Below are positions 24,301-37,454 of a stretch of DNA of 64,000 bases, piece after piece; position 1 is the stretch's first letter, and each line of letters opens with the position of its first letter. The stretch comes from Amoebophrya sp. A120. Lineage: Eukaryota > Protista > Dinoflagellata. The notes under the pieces are model-generated. The model saw only the letters and a list, made by a program, of their open reading frames with translations. It was not told the origin of the DNA and ran no database searches. A program made the position numbers and the translations under genes. The stretch lies in contig CAJINV010000018.1 in assembly GCA_905178155.1 (NCBI GenBank), positions 1,399,776-1,463,775 of the forward strand. The letters run 5' to 3'.

Positions 24301-27300
24301 CGATCGAGTATCCCGTGCACAAGTATCGCATTCGTAGTGATCGCAATCATGCATGAGAAATCTTCTTCTAAGTACTCAATTTTTGTACCTGAATCAGCAT
24401 AAGAAATTTTCCTTTTGGAAATAAAGTTTGTAATGCATGTGCTACTAGTGCGATGTTTTTGCAATGCATATCGAGGTTCTAAAGTGCATCACCGACCCGA
24501 CGACGAAGGCCAAAGCGCTGCTTATCAAATGCAAAAATGTCTGGGTCTGGAAGAATGCAAGAGTTGTCATGCATATTTCTCATGACCCATGATGCCTGCA
24601 ATGCTTGACTTAGCATCGCAGACTTGTAGAGGGCTTCCTGATCATGTACCTTCCGCATGAGAAGTGCCCTGTCCGTGTAGCAAAAACTGTACCCCTCTTG
24701 CTGGTCATGCAATACAAATTTTTTTTGAGTCCAAAAACAGCATGACAAGTTGCAATCTTCCAGACCCAGACATTTTTAGAATCCATACTGCTGCACATCT
24801 TGCAACTGAGCAACACAAACTCGCAACTGCAGGAAGTGGTAAAAGACTGCAAGGAAAATCCAGACGTGCCGCAGGACCTGAAAGACGAGATTGACGGGCA
24901 GATTCGGCTGTTAGACGCCTACGACGTGCTGTCGAAGCACAATTTGTCCCAGAAAGTCATGATCAACCCGGTCTACGCGCAGCGGGTGTGCATGTACCTG
25001 CTGTCCAATATTCACAGCGGGACCTCTGCCGAATCCACCCTCGACGACGCGTTGGTGTTGCTGCGGGTTTTCCCGGGGGCGATTCTCTCCCCGCTGGACG
25101 CCCGAATCCTCCGTGCGACGAAGATCGTGTCGGCGGACCGCTATGAGAGTCAGGTTTTAGACCTGAAAAGCGTGCTTTCCTCGGCGGGCGAGCAGTGTTT
25201 GGAAGTGTGTGACGGGGTGGTGGAGTTTTGCTGTTCGTTTTTAAAAACGATTTACGACAACGAAAAAACGGAGGAACGGGTGTTGTCCTGGTTGCATTTT
25301 CGGAACAAGAAGAATCAAGAAAATCTGGAAAGCGAAAACGCGGACCAGTTTTTGGGAAAGTTAGGTGGAGGAGCAGCAAAGAACCAAAAGCAAAATGATC
25401 ATAATGCGCAGAAGAATAGTAATAAGCCCGATTCGCAGCAGTCGAACGAGCAGCTGATGAACCCAGATCCTTTGAAAGAGACGACGGGGGCGTATGCAGC
25501 TTTATCCCCGCAAAAGAAGCAGAGAGCGGACCAGCACTGCGACTTGGCTATCATCTCCATCCGGCACGTGTTCGCCATGAAAAATTGGCACGACGTGAAC
25601 TTTTACCACCGAAAGAGGAGACGATCCAGTGACAGCCGGAACTCTGGCGGGTTGTTCTCTGCGACCGCGCAAAGTCGGAAAAGAAGCACCAGCTTGGATA
25701 ACATCGTAAGCCAGCCAGGTGGTATCGCCGCGGGGGTGGTTCCGACAGCGCTGACCACCGGCGACCAGGCGATCAGTACGACCCAAATTTCTTCCTATCA
25801 GATCGACGAGGAGGAGGAGGAAGCGGCCTACGGGTCCGGTTGGTCCACCTTCGGCATGTTGGACGCACTGCAGCGGCTGTCGAAACTGCAGAAGCAGTTC
25901 AAACTGTACGGGATAGACCCGGTGTATGGATGTGTCAGAGTTGAAATCGACAAAGTTGAAATAATTTGTCATGCATATAAATGGATGCCAGTTGGAACCC
26001 AGTTTCCAAGTGGCGCAAGACAAATTTCGGTGGTCCCTGAAACCACTTTGTCGTGCTGTGTAGGCAAAGAAGGGCGACTTTCTCATGCTACTTTAGCAGC
26101 TCGAGCTGTAACCCCAAACAGGCTTACAATCGGCCTCACTTGCCTGCTCTGCAACACACGTGCCGCGGGTCATGCATTTTATGCATTACAAATGATTTCA
26201 ACTTTGTCGATTTCAAACCTGACGCTTCCATACGGTGCTGCTGCTCGGCAACCGGGCCGACCACGTTCTTTCCGCGCTGTTCGAGCGGCACGCCAGCTCT
26301 GAGGTACACGCCTTTCTCGACCAGGCGGAGCAGATACGAGAGTGCACAACTACCCCTTACCCTCAGTTGTATAGCGTGAGCAGCAAGACAAACACCAGCA
26401 ACAGCATACGTGGAGCCTATGCATGACAAATTTTGTGTGCCCAATGTAGAAGAAGTACTGTTTGGGCTTCGGAAGTTGTCATGCAAACCGTGCCACAGAG
26501 CAGCGACTGGATTTGGGATTTTGCATGACAAATGAGGGGGGAGGGGGAGTTGTGCACTGTCATAACAGGCCGCGGCGGCGAGAGCGGCCAGTTTCAGGAA
26601 AGAGCACGAGGAGGAGGAGGAGATGTTCGTTGGGATGAATAATTCATCTGGAGGTGCTTTTCGTGGTCAACAACATGACGGCCTTGCTGTACAACCGGCA
26701 GCAACCTCCACCAGCACAACGACCACCTCCGCGCTTTTCACACGCCTACTCCACCTCGCGGACCTGCTCGGGTTGGGCCGCACCTACGTCTGGCAGCTGA
26801 TCGTCCGGGAAGCGTCGTCGAAGGGACAGGTGGCGAGTTTGCGGTTGACGATGGACTTGGTGCCCAAAGACCACACGTTGCGAGAAACGAGCGGGGAGCT
26901 CCTCGACCTGGTTCGGTCCGTCGTGAGCCACTTCCGGGCGAATCTGGGCCGGAACCAGAAGAATTGCGCAGCATTGATCTTCCACTTGGCGCACCTGCTC
27001 GATTTGCTGACCTATTGCTTGGACTGGTGCGGGGCGCGCCCGGAATCTTCCATGATGCAGCAGCAACACCACCAGCTAATGGGAGCGAATTACAACAACA
27101 GCAATGGGTTTATGTTGGGCAACAATGCCCTCACACCAGCTCCCACCAATCCCAACGCGGCGATCGAGGCTCAGAATCTCCTCCCGCTCGTCACTTACGC
27201 GGGGGATCTCCACTTTGCCGTGAACTTGCTCCTGTCCAGCGACTTGCTGGACACGGATGCGCACGTGCGGAAAACGGCGCCGCGGAAGCACTTGTCCGTC

Positions 27301-30300
27301 GTGCACGCGCACATCATCGAGAATCTGCACGAGAACGACCCGTACGAGCAGTTGTTCTCGAACCAATTCAAGGAAGTCGCGAGTCTGCTCCCCGGTCCGG
27401 CGGCACTGAAACTGGTGTTGGAATTTCTGACCGAGCCCCAGTACTTGGAATCGCCCGGAGTGCTGGAACACGGCGGAAGCGGTCTGCGGGGCGGCAACGG
27501 AACAAACGGTTTTTTCATGCCGGTTCGCACGGCTCCGTATCGACTGTCGAACACGCCCACGAGGTTGTCGGCTGGCCGGTCCCACCCCTACAGACGGATT
27601 TCCAACGGAACTACGGGGAGAAATTTGATAGGTATGAACACTGGTGCCACCTCCAGAATGAACTCCATGCCCGCAAGGTTCAATACAGGTGCGGGAGGAC
27701 AAGATAGCCAACATGGGACGACGAGTGCAAATCATGCAACTACTGCAAGCAACCACGGAATAAACAACACTAAGCTTTCCCTCCCGGCGCACCACCCACA
27801 CCACAACCTCTTCTCTCCGCACACGACGCCGCAGAAAAATCGGTCGACTTCGTTGAAGGAAATTTACGACATGCTACGGACCAGCCGGTGCTTGGACTGG
27901 GCGAAACAGGCCATCGCGAGGGGCTTGTGGGACAACAGCATCGACGTTTTATCAAATGCAAAAATGTCTGGGTCTGGATCTGGAAGAATGCATGTTTGTC
28001 ATGCTTGTCTGGTATGACTCGTAAATCTGTCATGCACGTTACCCAAGAGCTCCGTTTTTCTGTGATGCAGGAACGCAGTTTGTAATGCAGAATAGGCAAC
28101 ACCTAGAAGCTCAGCCTCAGAGACTTGTGATGCTGAGCCAGCATTTTTGGCCTCATCATGAGACGCCACCCAGCATCACAAGTTTCCAGACCCAGACATT
28201 TTTATATTTGATACGCTTCCCCCCGAAACAACTGCAGCTCAAACAGCCACCTGTACCAGGAGCTCTGCCAGGAATCCGCACTTTCCCTGATTTTCGGCAC
28301 CTCCCGCGGCTCCACCCTCGACGCGTTGCTGTTCCTCGGGTACATGGGGTGTTTGTCCCACGAAGTGTGCCGAGACGTGTACCAGCAGGCCATCACCCAG
28401 ATCGAGCAGGAGGGCGCCAGCTTGAAAATGCAGGAGCTGTGTACCTTGGGGCGGGTGCTTGGCTTCCTGCTGAAGAAAGACGACCTGAAGATCCGGATGG
28501 AGAAGTCGGAAACCACCTGGAAGTGGTCAACCCGGTTGAAAGGGTTCGATCTGCCCTTCGATCTGCTGCAAAACACGAAAGAGGACCAGCGGCTCACGAA
28601 CGATTTGTTGCCGGAAATCATCCAGAAATCCCAGTTTTCTTTGCCGATCGTTTTGGAATTCGCGTCGGATTTCAAGCTGAACAAACCGGAGGTGTTGGCG
28701 CTGTGGGTGAAGTTGATGCTCCTGCGGCCGACCGCGCCGGCAAAAAACCGGTGCTGGATCTTGCAGGTGTCGAGTGAGGGCCAGGAAGTGTTTAAGCAGG
28801 TGTTTGACCAGAGCTACCAGCACAAAATCCCCCCGCATTTACCCTTTCTGGACGATCCCACGCTGGTGTTGCAGACGGTTCTGTCGGGCATTTCTCCCTA
28901 CGACTACGAGCGGATCCGCTTCGTGTTGCGCTTCCTCTGCGAAAAGTCGGCGAACAAAGGAGCGGGCGGCCGCGGGGGAGACACTGGCACAACTGCTGGT
29001 GGCAAGTTAGACAGCAGCCGGCTTGGCCCGGGATTGGAGGATCTGAATCATATGATTGATGGGGATGAGGGAGTAGAACATCAAATGCGAGGGAACATGA
29101 ACCAGCGAGGAGCTACAACTGGCGGCGACTTGACAGAAATGCTCGCCAGGGCATCCACCAGCGCGGCGCGAAACCCCCCCGGGTCGGCAGCTTCGCGAGG
29201 TTTAGGTAGTGGGATGAAGAAGCAACCACGAGAATTTTTAAACCACCAGCAGGAAGAAGAAGATAATCTGGTGTTGCAGGATCACCCTGGCCGTGACGGT
29301 ACCATACGGCAACCAGGCGGTACGGGCACCCCCGTGTCCTCTCGAAACAACAACAACAAGTCCGGCCAGCAAGTGCCCAGCTCGCAGAAGAAGTTCCAGC
29401 AAACAAACCACTCCGGGTCCAAACCGAATTCCGCCGCTCGGCCAAGTTCCCCGCACCCTTTCCCCCGCGCGTTGCAGCAAACCACGATCAAACGAGAAGC
29501 GTCGGCGCTGGAGCGGGTTTTGGAGGTTTTGCAGCGGTACCACCGGTTCTCGCCGCCTTCCGACCGGGAAAAAAAGGAGATCACGAAGTGGCGCAAAGAG
29601 AAGGGTTTGTCCGTCGAGGTCGAACACATTGTGCTCCAACTCGCGGAGTCTCGTCTTCCCTGGCACTACTTGCTGCAGAACGAGACGAGATGGACCTTTC
29701 TCCGGCCGGAGCTCGCCGCGCGAAGTGAGGACGGGGTGAAGCGATTGCTGCCCATCACCTGCTACCTCCCCGGGATATCGCCCGACGACGTGCATTTGGA
29801 ATATTTGAAGCACCTGTTGACCACAAGTTGCGTGTCCTCCTCTTCAAAATCGCTTGGGCTCGCGGCGTCGTCAGGCGCGGCAGGAGGAGCATCTAGTACA
29901 ACTTCCGCATCGAGTAGCTCCTCGAGCGGGACATCAACTTCCTCGTCGAAGAATAAAATCGCGGAGCATCTCCGCCTGATTCAGGATAAAGACAAGGCAG
30001 AGCGCGCCGCGGCAGAGATCCAGAAGCAACTGAAACTGTCCCCCGAGCTCTGCGAAGTAGCGGCTTTCCGGGCGGAGCGCGCGTCCCAGGCGGTGCTGGC
30101 GCAAATCCAGGATTTGGACAAAAATCCGGACCGCGATCCAAAAAGACGGCAGAAACTGCGCCAGTTGCAGGAGGAGAAAGCGAAACTGGTCAAGAACTCG
30201 CTAATCTTGAAGTCCCGCCTGGATTTGCGGGATTGGGGCTGGGAAATGTTCGAAAACGTCTTGATCCGGTGCGGCGCGGTCACTTTTATGACCTGTGTGT

Positions 30301-33300
30301 ACTACTATTTGGCGCCCCGGACCGCGAAGATTCCTTTGTCTGAGTTCCACAATCGGGTGGACATCATTCTCCGACGGCACGGCTCCGACCCGAAGAAAGA
30401 AAAGATCGCGCTGATGCGCACCTTATGCTCTGCAAAAGTATCGTACCCGTACTTCTAATTGCAATCATGCATGACAAATCCCCCTCCCCGGGGGGGATAT
30501 AAATTCGGACGCACTGACAAAAATAGAGGCGGAACGCAGTGAGGAGAGTTGCCTCGCTGTCGTTACCGACCCAAGAAAGATCCGTATCGTAAACGTGCGC
30601 ACACTGTGCAACAGATCCGATAGATTTTTTTTTTTCCGGCTGTCCCCCACATATTAGAAGATTGTCGTCAAAGATTAGTGATCTGATTGTGTTACTCCAT
30701 AGACGCCTTCGCGATATTTTTTTAGCGGACCCCGCACGATATCCCTGATGCGTTTCCCGCATAGTATTGAACGTCTTTGACTCAAACACATAGACACCCC
30801 TCGCTACGGCACACCTCATCTGCCTAGTCGCCCCTAGGTAGGTGCAGGAATTTTCTGTGTGGGCTTTTTGTGCTTAATTATTCCAACAGGGGCTGAGTCT
30901 TTTTTTTCTGCCTTGCCAGCAGAGTTGTATGGATGGGGGGGAATTGACGGAAGTGGCGCGAGACCTTGGTGACGAAGCAGACGACAAGCGCGGGAATGGT
31001 ACAAATCAAAAAAAAGAGATGGCATAAACGTGCTCTGCTTAACTGTGTGAAAGGTGTCGGCCCTGTGTAACCTGCTGCGGCAGGCAGGTGAATTCGTAGA
31101 ACTGCATCACATGTTAGGCAACATCCACCGGCCTCCTAGCTAAGTGATGAATTTATATGCGCACATCCGAATCCGAATCCGTAAACAGAGCGGGGCCCAA
31201 TGAAAAAAAAAATCATGCATGACAAATCTTGTTTCTTAGCCAAATTAGCATTACAAACTCCATTGATTTTTCCCCTCTGAAAAAACTTGTATTGCGATTT
31301 ATACTAGAACGATGCTTTTGCAATGCATACACGTGGCTGACATCCGGGTCCTGGACGCCGACCGAGTTGGTGAAAAACGACCCGGCCGGGCAAGTGGAAA
31401 TTGCGGAGTTGGAAAAAATCTTCTCTAGCAGCTCCGGCAGATTTTCAGCAGGCGGCGTGAGTGGGGACAATCTGCAGCTGCAGCCGAGTGGTAGTAAGAA
31501 GGACCACCAGCACGGAGCGCTTGGCGGAGCATCGTCCACCTCTGAGGCAGAGATCATGTTAACAGATGTGAAGCAAGCCATCACTGGTAACTCCGCCGCT
31601 TCGTCCTCAACCGGGGCAGCTTCGGGTGGCAACGGTAACAGCAATAGTGCGACAGGAGTTCCGTTCGCGGCCCTAACCGAGCTGTGGTGCCAATCGCCGA
31701 ACGAGAGACAGATGATCGCGAGGATTGCGTTAGTCGCAGCGCCGGGCGTGACGAAACAAAAATTGAGTGCGAAACCAAGTGACGACATGGTGGGCTCCGT
31801 GTTTGGAGATGATCACATCAAGGATGTTGACGGAATAAATGAGCACAGTCAAAGCAGGACGACACAGCACCAGCATGGGGATGATAGTAATACGAAAGGA
31901 GCCAACTCTACTTCTTTGAAGCGCCATCGGAACATTTCTCCCGAGCGAGCAGATCAGGGTGGAGACAACAACAAGTCCTCTGGGGGTCATGTGTCCTCCT
32001 CCTCCGCCACGGAACAAACTACCGTGCAAGAAAACCTCCAGCAGGACAGAAATAAGAAGAAACTGAAAAGACAAAACACGACCAGTTCCGCCGACAATGA
32101 AAATGGTGAAAATAACAATCACAATCCCTCTGCCGACGAAACTTCCACAGCGCTCCGGTCGGTGATCCGCCTGTACCTTCACTGGCTTTTACGGGACTCC
32201 CTCACCACCAACGCGTGCTGCCGCTGTTTCTGCGTGTTGCTGCAGGTCGCGACGGTGCAGGAGATTCTCACCGTCTACCACCACCCACCCGAGGAGCTGT
32301 GGGACTATTTCCGGACTTTCCTCTACTTGAACGCGTTAGAGAAGCTCCGCGTGGTATTACAATGAAAAATGCCCCGACCCCCGAGCTTCGGAGCATTTGT
32401 ATTCCGCAAACCTTTCCAAAAGAAACATTCGCCCTCTTGCATCTATCAGCATCACAGATTTCCCATCGTGAATAGCAAGAATTTGTATTGCAGAAGATCC
32501 CAGCAAGAGCGGCCCTGTCATGCAAGCGATGCGATATACAGCTAGACCCTGCATCAGAAAGATTCATATTCCTTTCATGCATGACAAAAAGACTTCATTT
32601 GGAAACTTCGCATCACATATTTTTGCAACTTTGGGGGTGGGGGCATAATTTTTCACTGTAATACGTGGGGCACATCGACCTAACCACTTTCCGCGACACA
32701 GACAAGGAGGGGTTGGCGCGGAGCTACTGGCGGCAGCAGCACAAGGATCCGCTGTTGGTTGCGGTGATTACAGGCTTGGTGCTGGATTTTCAAGTGTATG
32801 ATCCGAAGTTTCTCTCGCAGATTTTGCTGAGATTGCTCCAATTGCAAATGTCCACGTTTTATCAAGTGCAAATATGTCTGGGTCTGGAAAGAATGGAATT
32901 TGTGATGCTAACTCTCGATGATACAAAAACCTGTATTGCATGAGCAGCAAACGGCACTCAGATTTTTGCTATTCTGAGAAGGCATTTCTCATGCGGTATA
33001 GGCATGAGAAAGCCTTCACAAAGCCTGTAATGCCAAAGCATGCATCACCGACATCGCAGGCCATGTGAAATTTGCATGACAAACTCGTCCCCCAATCTTC
33101 CAGACCCAGGCATACTTTCAGTTGATACGTTCCTCCAAGACGCGCTGCTCCACATGCACAACTCTGGGTTTCTGTTGGAAATGCCGCTAGATAACGAGCT
33201 GGGGACGGCGTTTCAAAAGATCTTGCTGGATCACTCGTGTCAACTCGTGCAGCAAGGGTTAAACAAGATCGACTTGGACCAACTCAACCACGCCATCGAC

Positions 33301-34590
33301 TGGCTCAAGCTCGTCCCGCAGCTGCTGAAAAGATCCCCCTACGTGACGCACCTGAAGATTCTGGAAGCCGCGAGGCAGATACTGGAATCACTGCTGAACG
33401 CCTCGGTGGTCGGGAGACAATTACTGTCAAAGCACGCGAACTTTGGGAAGGAGCTCGATGCTTCGGGCAATTACATCGGCAGTGGTGGAACTTCAACGGG
33501 ACACATGACAACCAATGCGAGGACCACAACCTTCGGCATGGTTGCGAGCGCGAGCACGACTATATCAAGTACTACTGGCACTAGTGCTGGTCAGAACACG
33601 ATAATAGCCGCCGCGGAACGGATTTTTCTGTTGACCTTGGAGCTCGCTTACTGCACACCCCAAGCGAATTCTCTGCTAGACGACTTTGTGGTGAAGAAGT
33701 ATCCGGTTTTGCTACCACTGTGCTTATCCGGACTCCCGCCAGGGGCGCTGAGACCCGGGCTGTTTCACGCGGTGCTGCAGCAGAACTTTGTCAAGGTAAT
33801 TCACTATGATAGAGCGCTGCTAAGGGCGTGCTGCGCATAGAGAAAATCTGTTTTGTCAATCAGTGCTTGCGATGCTGTTTCCTTGTGCAACTCAACGACG
33901 TATTCTCACAAAAAAAAAAACAGGAAGTACGTGCCTACACCTCTTCCACTACCGATTCTGTCACGACAACGCGCACGACCGACTCCCAGCTGTTTTCCGA
34001 GCTTGTCATTTACGCGGTAAAGCAATCGCAGATCAAAAACTTGCTGGACGCGGCGATCGATCAGAATCTGCTGGAAGACGCGGTGAATCTGGTCTTTTTG
34101 TACGCTAGACACCACGGCATCCTCCACGTGTGGCAAACCGAAACGACGGCAACGCTTATCAAGGTGAAAAATGCCCACGCCCCCGAACTTGGGAGCATTT
34201 GTATTGCAAACTTTTCCAAATGAAACATTCGCCCTCTTGCATCTATCAGCATCACAGATTTCCAATCGTGAATAGCAAAAATTTGTATTGCAAAAGACCC
34301 CAGCAAGAGTAGCGCTTGTCATGCAAGCGATGCGATACACGCCTAGACTCTGCATCAGAAAGATTCATACTTCTTTCATGCATGACAAAAAGTTTGCATT
34401 TGGAAACGTCGCATCACAAGTTTTTGCGACTTTCGGGGTGGGGGCATTTTTCACTGTAATAATGCTGACCAGCTCCACCGTGGTAAACTCGGAAAAAGCG
34501 AAGTTTCTGCAGAATTTGGTTTCGCAGTACGAACATTCAAAAGAGACGGCCGGCCGGGAATTCGCCAGGCTCTGCAGGATGAAACAGTGA
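18361..34590 (+). CDS. KNTC1: Kinetochore-associated protein 1 / Rough deal (Rod) homologue, RZZ complex subunit
   Basis: Motifs recognisably like KNTC1: GKFLFCGDSAGKMHCIHVASK (N-terminal propeller), ISPYDYE...YHRFSPP...SRLPWH (Rod C-terminal region), KEGLARSYW...LDFQVYD. Removing 17 TIR elements (plus one repeat each) and GT-AG introns 20341-20594, 21824-21898 and 33796-33923 gives one open frame of about 3,480 aa; start codon uncertain. Confidence 0.85.
18573..18838. mobile_element. Introner family A in KNTC1
   Basis: Direct repeat CAGAA; removal joins VLGQN-ELAV in frame. Confidence 0.92.
19136..19437. mobile_element. Introner family B (degenerate) in KNTC1
   Basis: TATCCTGAGGAAAAA...CCCGGGATA; 8-bp imperfect repeat AGAACCAA/AAAACCAA. 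Confidence 0.8.
19483..19787. mobile_element. Introner family A (degenerate) in KNTC1
   Basis: TAT...ATA ends; direct repeat GGACT; removal joins LSVD-FILHDFAVDTV. Confidence 0.85.
20664..20925. mobile_element. Introner family A in KNTC1
   Basis: TIRs; direct repeat CCATC; frame restored. Confidence 0.92.
20983..21244. mobile_element. Introner family A in KNTC1
   Basis: TIRs; direct repeat TTCCG; frame restored. Confidence 0.92.
21305..21570. mobile_element. Introner family B in KNTC1
   Basis: TATCCTGAGTAAAA...TTTTACTCAGGATA; perfect 8-bp direct repeat ACTACACT. Confidence 0.92.
23457..23769. mobile_element. Introner family C in KNTC1
   Basis: TATCGAAAGGAAAAATCACCCCTCCCCATA / TATGGGGAGGGGGGATTTTTCCTTACTATA; repeat CGGGT/CGGAT. 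Confidence 0.9.
23986..24237. mobile_element. Introner family A in KNTC1
   Basis: TIRs; direct repeat CGGGA; body similar to 27950-28213. Confidence 0.92.
24309..24470. mobile_element. Introner family D in KNTC1
   Basis: TIRs; direct repeat TCGAG; removal joins RAIE-VLKCI. Confidence 0.92.
24523..24787. mobile_element. Introner family A in KNTC1
   Basis: TIRs; direct repeat CTGCT; frame restored. Confidence 0.92.
25925..26232. mobile_element. Introner family E in KNTC1
   Basis: ~50-bp imperfect TIR TATGGATGTGTCAGAGTTGAAATCGACAAAGTTGAAAT; direct repeat CGGTG. Confidence 0.92.
26335..26564. mobile_element. Introner family F in KNTC1
   Basis: TACGAGAGTGCACAACT...AGTTGTGCACTGTCATA; degenerate repeat GCAGA/ACAGG; frame restored. 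Confidence 0.88.
27950..28213. mobile_element. Introner family A in KNTC1
   Basis: TIRs; repeat CGTTT/CGCTT; frame restored. Confidence 0.9.
30424..31329. mobile_element. Introner family D in KNTC1 carrying a nested insertion
   Basis: Family D ends; repeat CACCT/CACGT; 158 bp after removing the nested element and one TSD copy. Confidence 0.9.
30481..31210 (+). mobile_element. Nested non-coding retroposon-like insertion
   Basis: Flanked by 18-bp direct repeat AATCATGCATGACAAATC (30463-30480, 31211-31228); ends in an A-run. Confidence 0.75.
32355..32663. mobile_element. Introner family G in KNTC1
   Basis: TATTACAATGAAAAATGCCCC...GGGGCATAATTTTTCACTGTAATA; direct repeat CGTGG. Confidence 0.92.
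32860..33127. mobile_element. Introner family A in KNTC1
   Basis: TIRs; repeat CGTTT/CGTTC; removal joins QMSTF-LQDALL. Confidence 0.9.
34157..34461. mobile_element. Introner family G in KNTC1
   Basis: Close copy of 32355-32663; repeat ACGCT/ATGCT. Confidence 0.9.
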
Positions 34591-35736
34591 AGATTTGCTA
34601 TACGTGCTTCACTGACACTGTTCGACTTCGAGGGCCTGCTCACTTGTACATCCAGCTGGCGGGCAGGCGTGTGTAAAAAGCTTTTTTTCAATCAGGATCG
34701 ATGGCGCGTATTTTTGCGTGGCTTTTACAGTCTTGTGCCTTGACACCTCAATCGATATAGTAATTCTCAAGTACAAGAAAAGGAAAAGTGCTTCACTAGT
34801 AACCAAGTCCAATACATACTTATTCTAAGGTCTGAGCATTTAGGTTCAACACCAATCGATGAATGATATGCAATAGCAAAGTCAGAAATGGAACGCGTTT
34901 TCACTTTTCAGGTTGTTTCGGTTCAAGACAAAAGCAAGAGCTCTTTCGTTGCTCTTCGATATGGATTTCCGGTTTTATTGCAAAGAATAAGAAATAAGCA
35001 GCCTCTCATGCTCAGTTCTCATTTCAGATTTTCTTCCAGAACTCATCAAATTCAGAGGACGTGGGCCTCGTTGTGAAAAAAGCGACCGTGGCAGGACGGA
35101 AATGCAATTACAAGGGTAAAACCAGAAGAGATTGTTTCCGCGACTCGATTTGCTTGATGTTCACGTCGTCCCGGTGGACGAGGGGTCGTCTGTGTGAGTC
35201 CAAAAACCGCTGTCACAACTCTTCATCGTGCCTAGCTTTGACAAAAATCTTACAGATAAAAATTTCGTGAAAGTAGTGACTGTCGTGCCGAATGACTGGT
35301 TCTTGATAACATACTTAGCAAGCCAAAGTGCAAGAAATCGACGTTGTATGAGTGAATAGTTCGTGGAACAACTTGTATCCGTCGTGGATCAAGAGATAAC
35401 TTTCTCACTTTGCACTCCCTTGAGTCGTCGTACCTACGTTGGCTGCTTGATGAAAAGCCCGATGCTCCTCTCGGAACCATTCCCTTCGGCTTCTATGATC
35501 GTGGCACGCACAGATGTTTATCTTGTACAGATCGTAAAAATTGTATGTGTCGTGGGCAGCAAGAACAGTATTCTACGTACTATCTATCGTTTCGTATCTA
35601 CATACTGTTACTCTCTGTTCCTCGAAAACCGCAATCGATTCACCTTCAGCGGCTTTCGATTTTTTTTCGAACAAAAACGACACCTCACCAAGGGGAAGTT
35701 TTTTGATCAAAGACACCAACGAGACACCGAGAAAAG

Positions 35737-37454
35737 ATGTTGGCGACAGGAGGAAGTAGTGGTCCTGACGCATCGAACATGTGCTGGAGATTTACGCGAA
35801 TAGTAACAGCGGCCACGAAGTCATTGTTGCTGTTCTACTGCCTTGCCGGATCGTCCGGCATCGTCACGGTTGCTGGTGGGACGAACAAGGTTCTTACGAA
35901 GAACACAGCCCCTGCGCTCGCCGATCGCGCGGAAGAAGAAGGGAACCAGGACGGAGTTACAACAACAATCGGGTACGACGACGCTTACAACTACAAGCAA
36001 GCAAGCAACCAGGGCAGCACAGGCGTGGAGTCGCTGAGCAGTGAAGATGCGGGTGGTGAAAAACTTACCGACGTCGACGTGGTCGAACAGCACGAGTTGG
36101 CGTTTTTGCAGCCACCGGAAGCGACAGACGTGACGACGACCGGCCCCGGTGTCAGCGAGAAGGAGGCGTCCACGTTTGTCCAGCCGTGGTCGCAAGTATT
36201 CAATCGGGTCGGGAATGCTGCGAGTTCAATCATGAACAGGGCTGTGCGTTCACTATGATTCGGAAAAGCGTACCACCGCAAAAGTGAAATAAAGATTGAA
36301 TGTTTGTGTTGCAGAACTCCCCTACTGAGACTCCTGCATATACCAATACAAATTTTCGGGGCAGGAGATCTAGTGCAAAACAACTAACGTACCATCATCA
36401 AGAGACGCACTTCTCATAGAAAGATTACTTTGCGTGCCTATAATATTCCGGAGGGAGAAAAAGGACGCGTCGTAGTCCGCTTCTCTGAGAGGACTACTGC
36501 TAAGCAAAGCGTTTCTATTTGGAAACACTGCAAGTGCAACCTAATAAAGATTTGGCACTTTCGGTGACCGCGCGCTTTTCAGCCGAATATCTTCAGCACC
36601 CAGACTCTTCGGCATCAACACCAGCTTTTTCATCAGGCTCCAGAATCTTCGGCGGCTCCAGAATCTTGGCGGCTCCAGTCGGCGCCCAGCGGGATTTCGA
36701 CACGGAATTGAACGAAGCGATCGAGAGGGTGCAAGGGTCTGGATATCTCCAAGTATGCTCAACATGAAAATGCAAATGTGCGTAGAGCTGACCTACATTC
36801 TGAACTTGCGAATCTTCAAGAACCAAGACCAGAATGAGCGCGCGATGTCGGAGTTGAATCATCAACTACGGCTCCCCGACAACTTTACGTGGACGTACAA
36901 TCCTCGTGTTTTCCCAAAGCAGTTTATGGCGAGCCCAATCATTCCGCTTGAATCCGAGATCGTTTCCCTGAAACACTGGAACAAACGTGGGAACAGCTTC
37001 CTCAACATCCTCGCACCGCGGCAGCCGGAATCAAACAGTCATGCCGCCGCGTCCAAGACCGCGATCCAGCAGACTGCCTTCTCCCATGGCCGCGACTCGC
37101 ACGCTTTCGGCGACTCCATCGTTACTGTTGGCGCTGAAGTGGCGGGTACTTCTAGATTACGTTTTTTTTTTCTGTGATATTTATTTGTTTAGATACTTAC
37201 TTTATTCAAAGAGAAAGTTCACCTCTTTTCAACCATCAATTCTGAATCGCCAAGGTGCCTCGACTCGCAGTACGACGATCACCGCGGATGGGACCGACGC
37301 TGGTGTGTCGGAAGATTTGCTGGAGATCGGGGGCGATGAAGTGGCTGCCTTCGAAGCTGGTGATTCCATCGCGACCACGGGGAAGCCGGCGTCGTTCAAC
37401 GCGGTGCAGGCCAGTGAGCCAGTTTCTGCGGAGACGGCGCAGAAGTCATTGTGA
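35737..37454 (+). CDS. Hypothetical, probably secreted protein (multi-exon; structure only partly resolved)
   Basis: Series of + strand ORFs (35737-36258, 36519-36767, 36755-37177, ending 37454) with a hydrophobic N-terminal stretch and plausible GT-AG junctions; no known domain. Confidence 0.45.
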
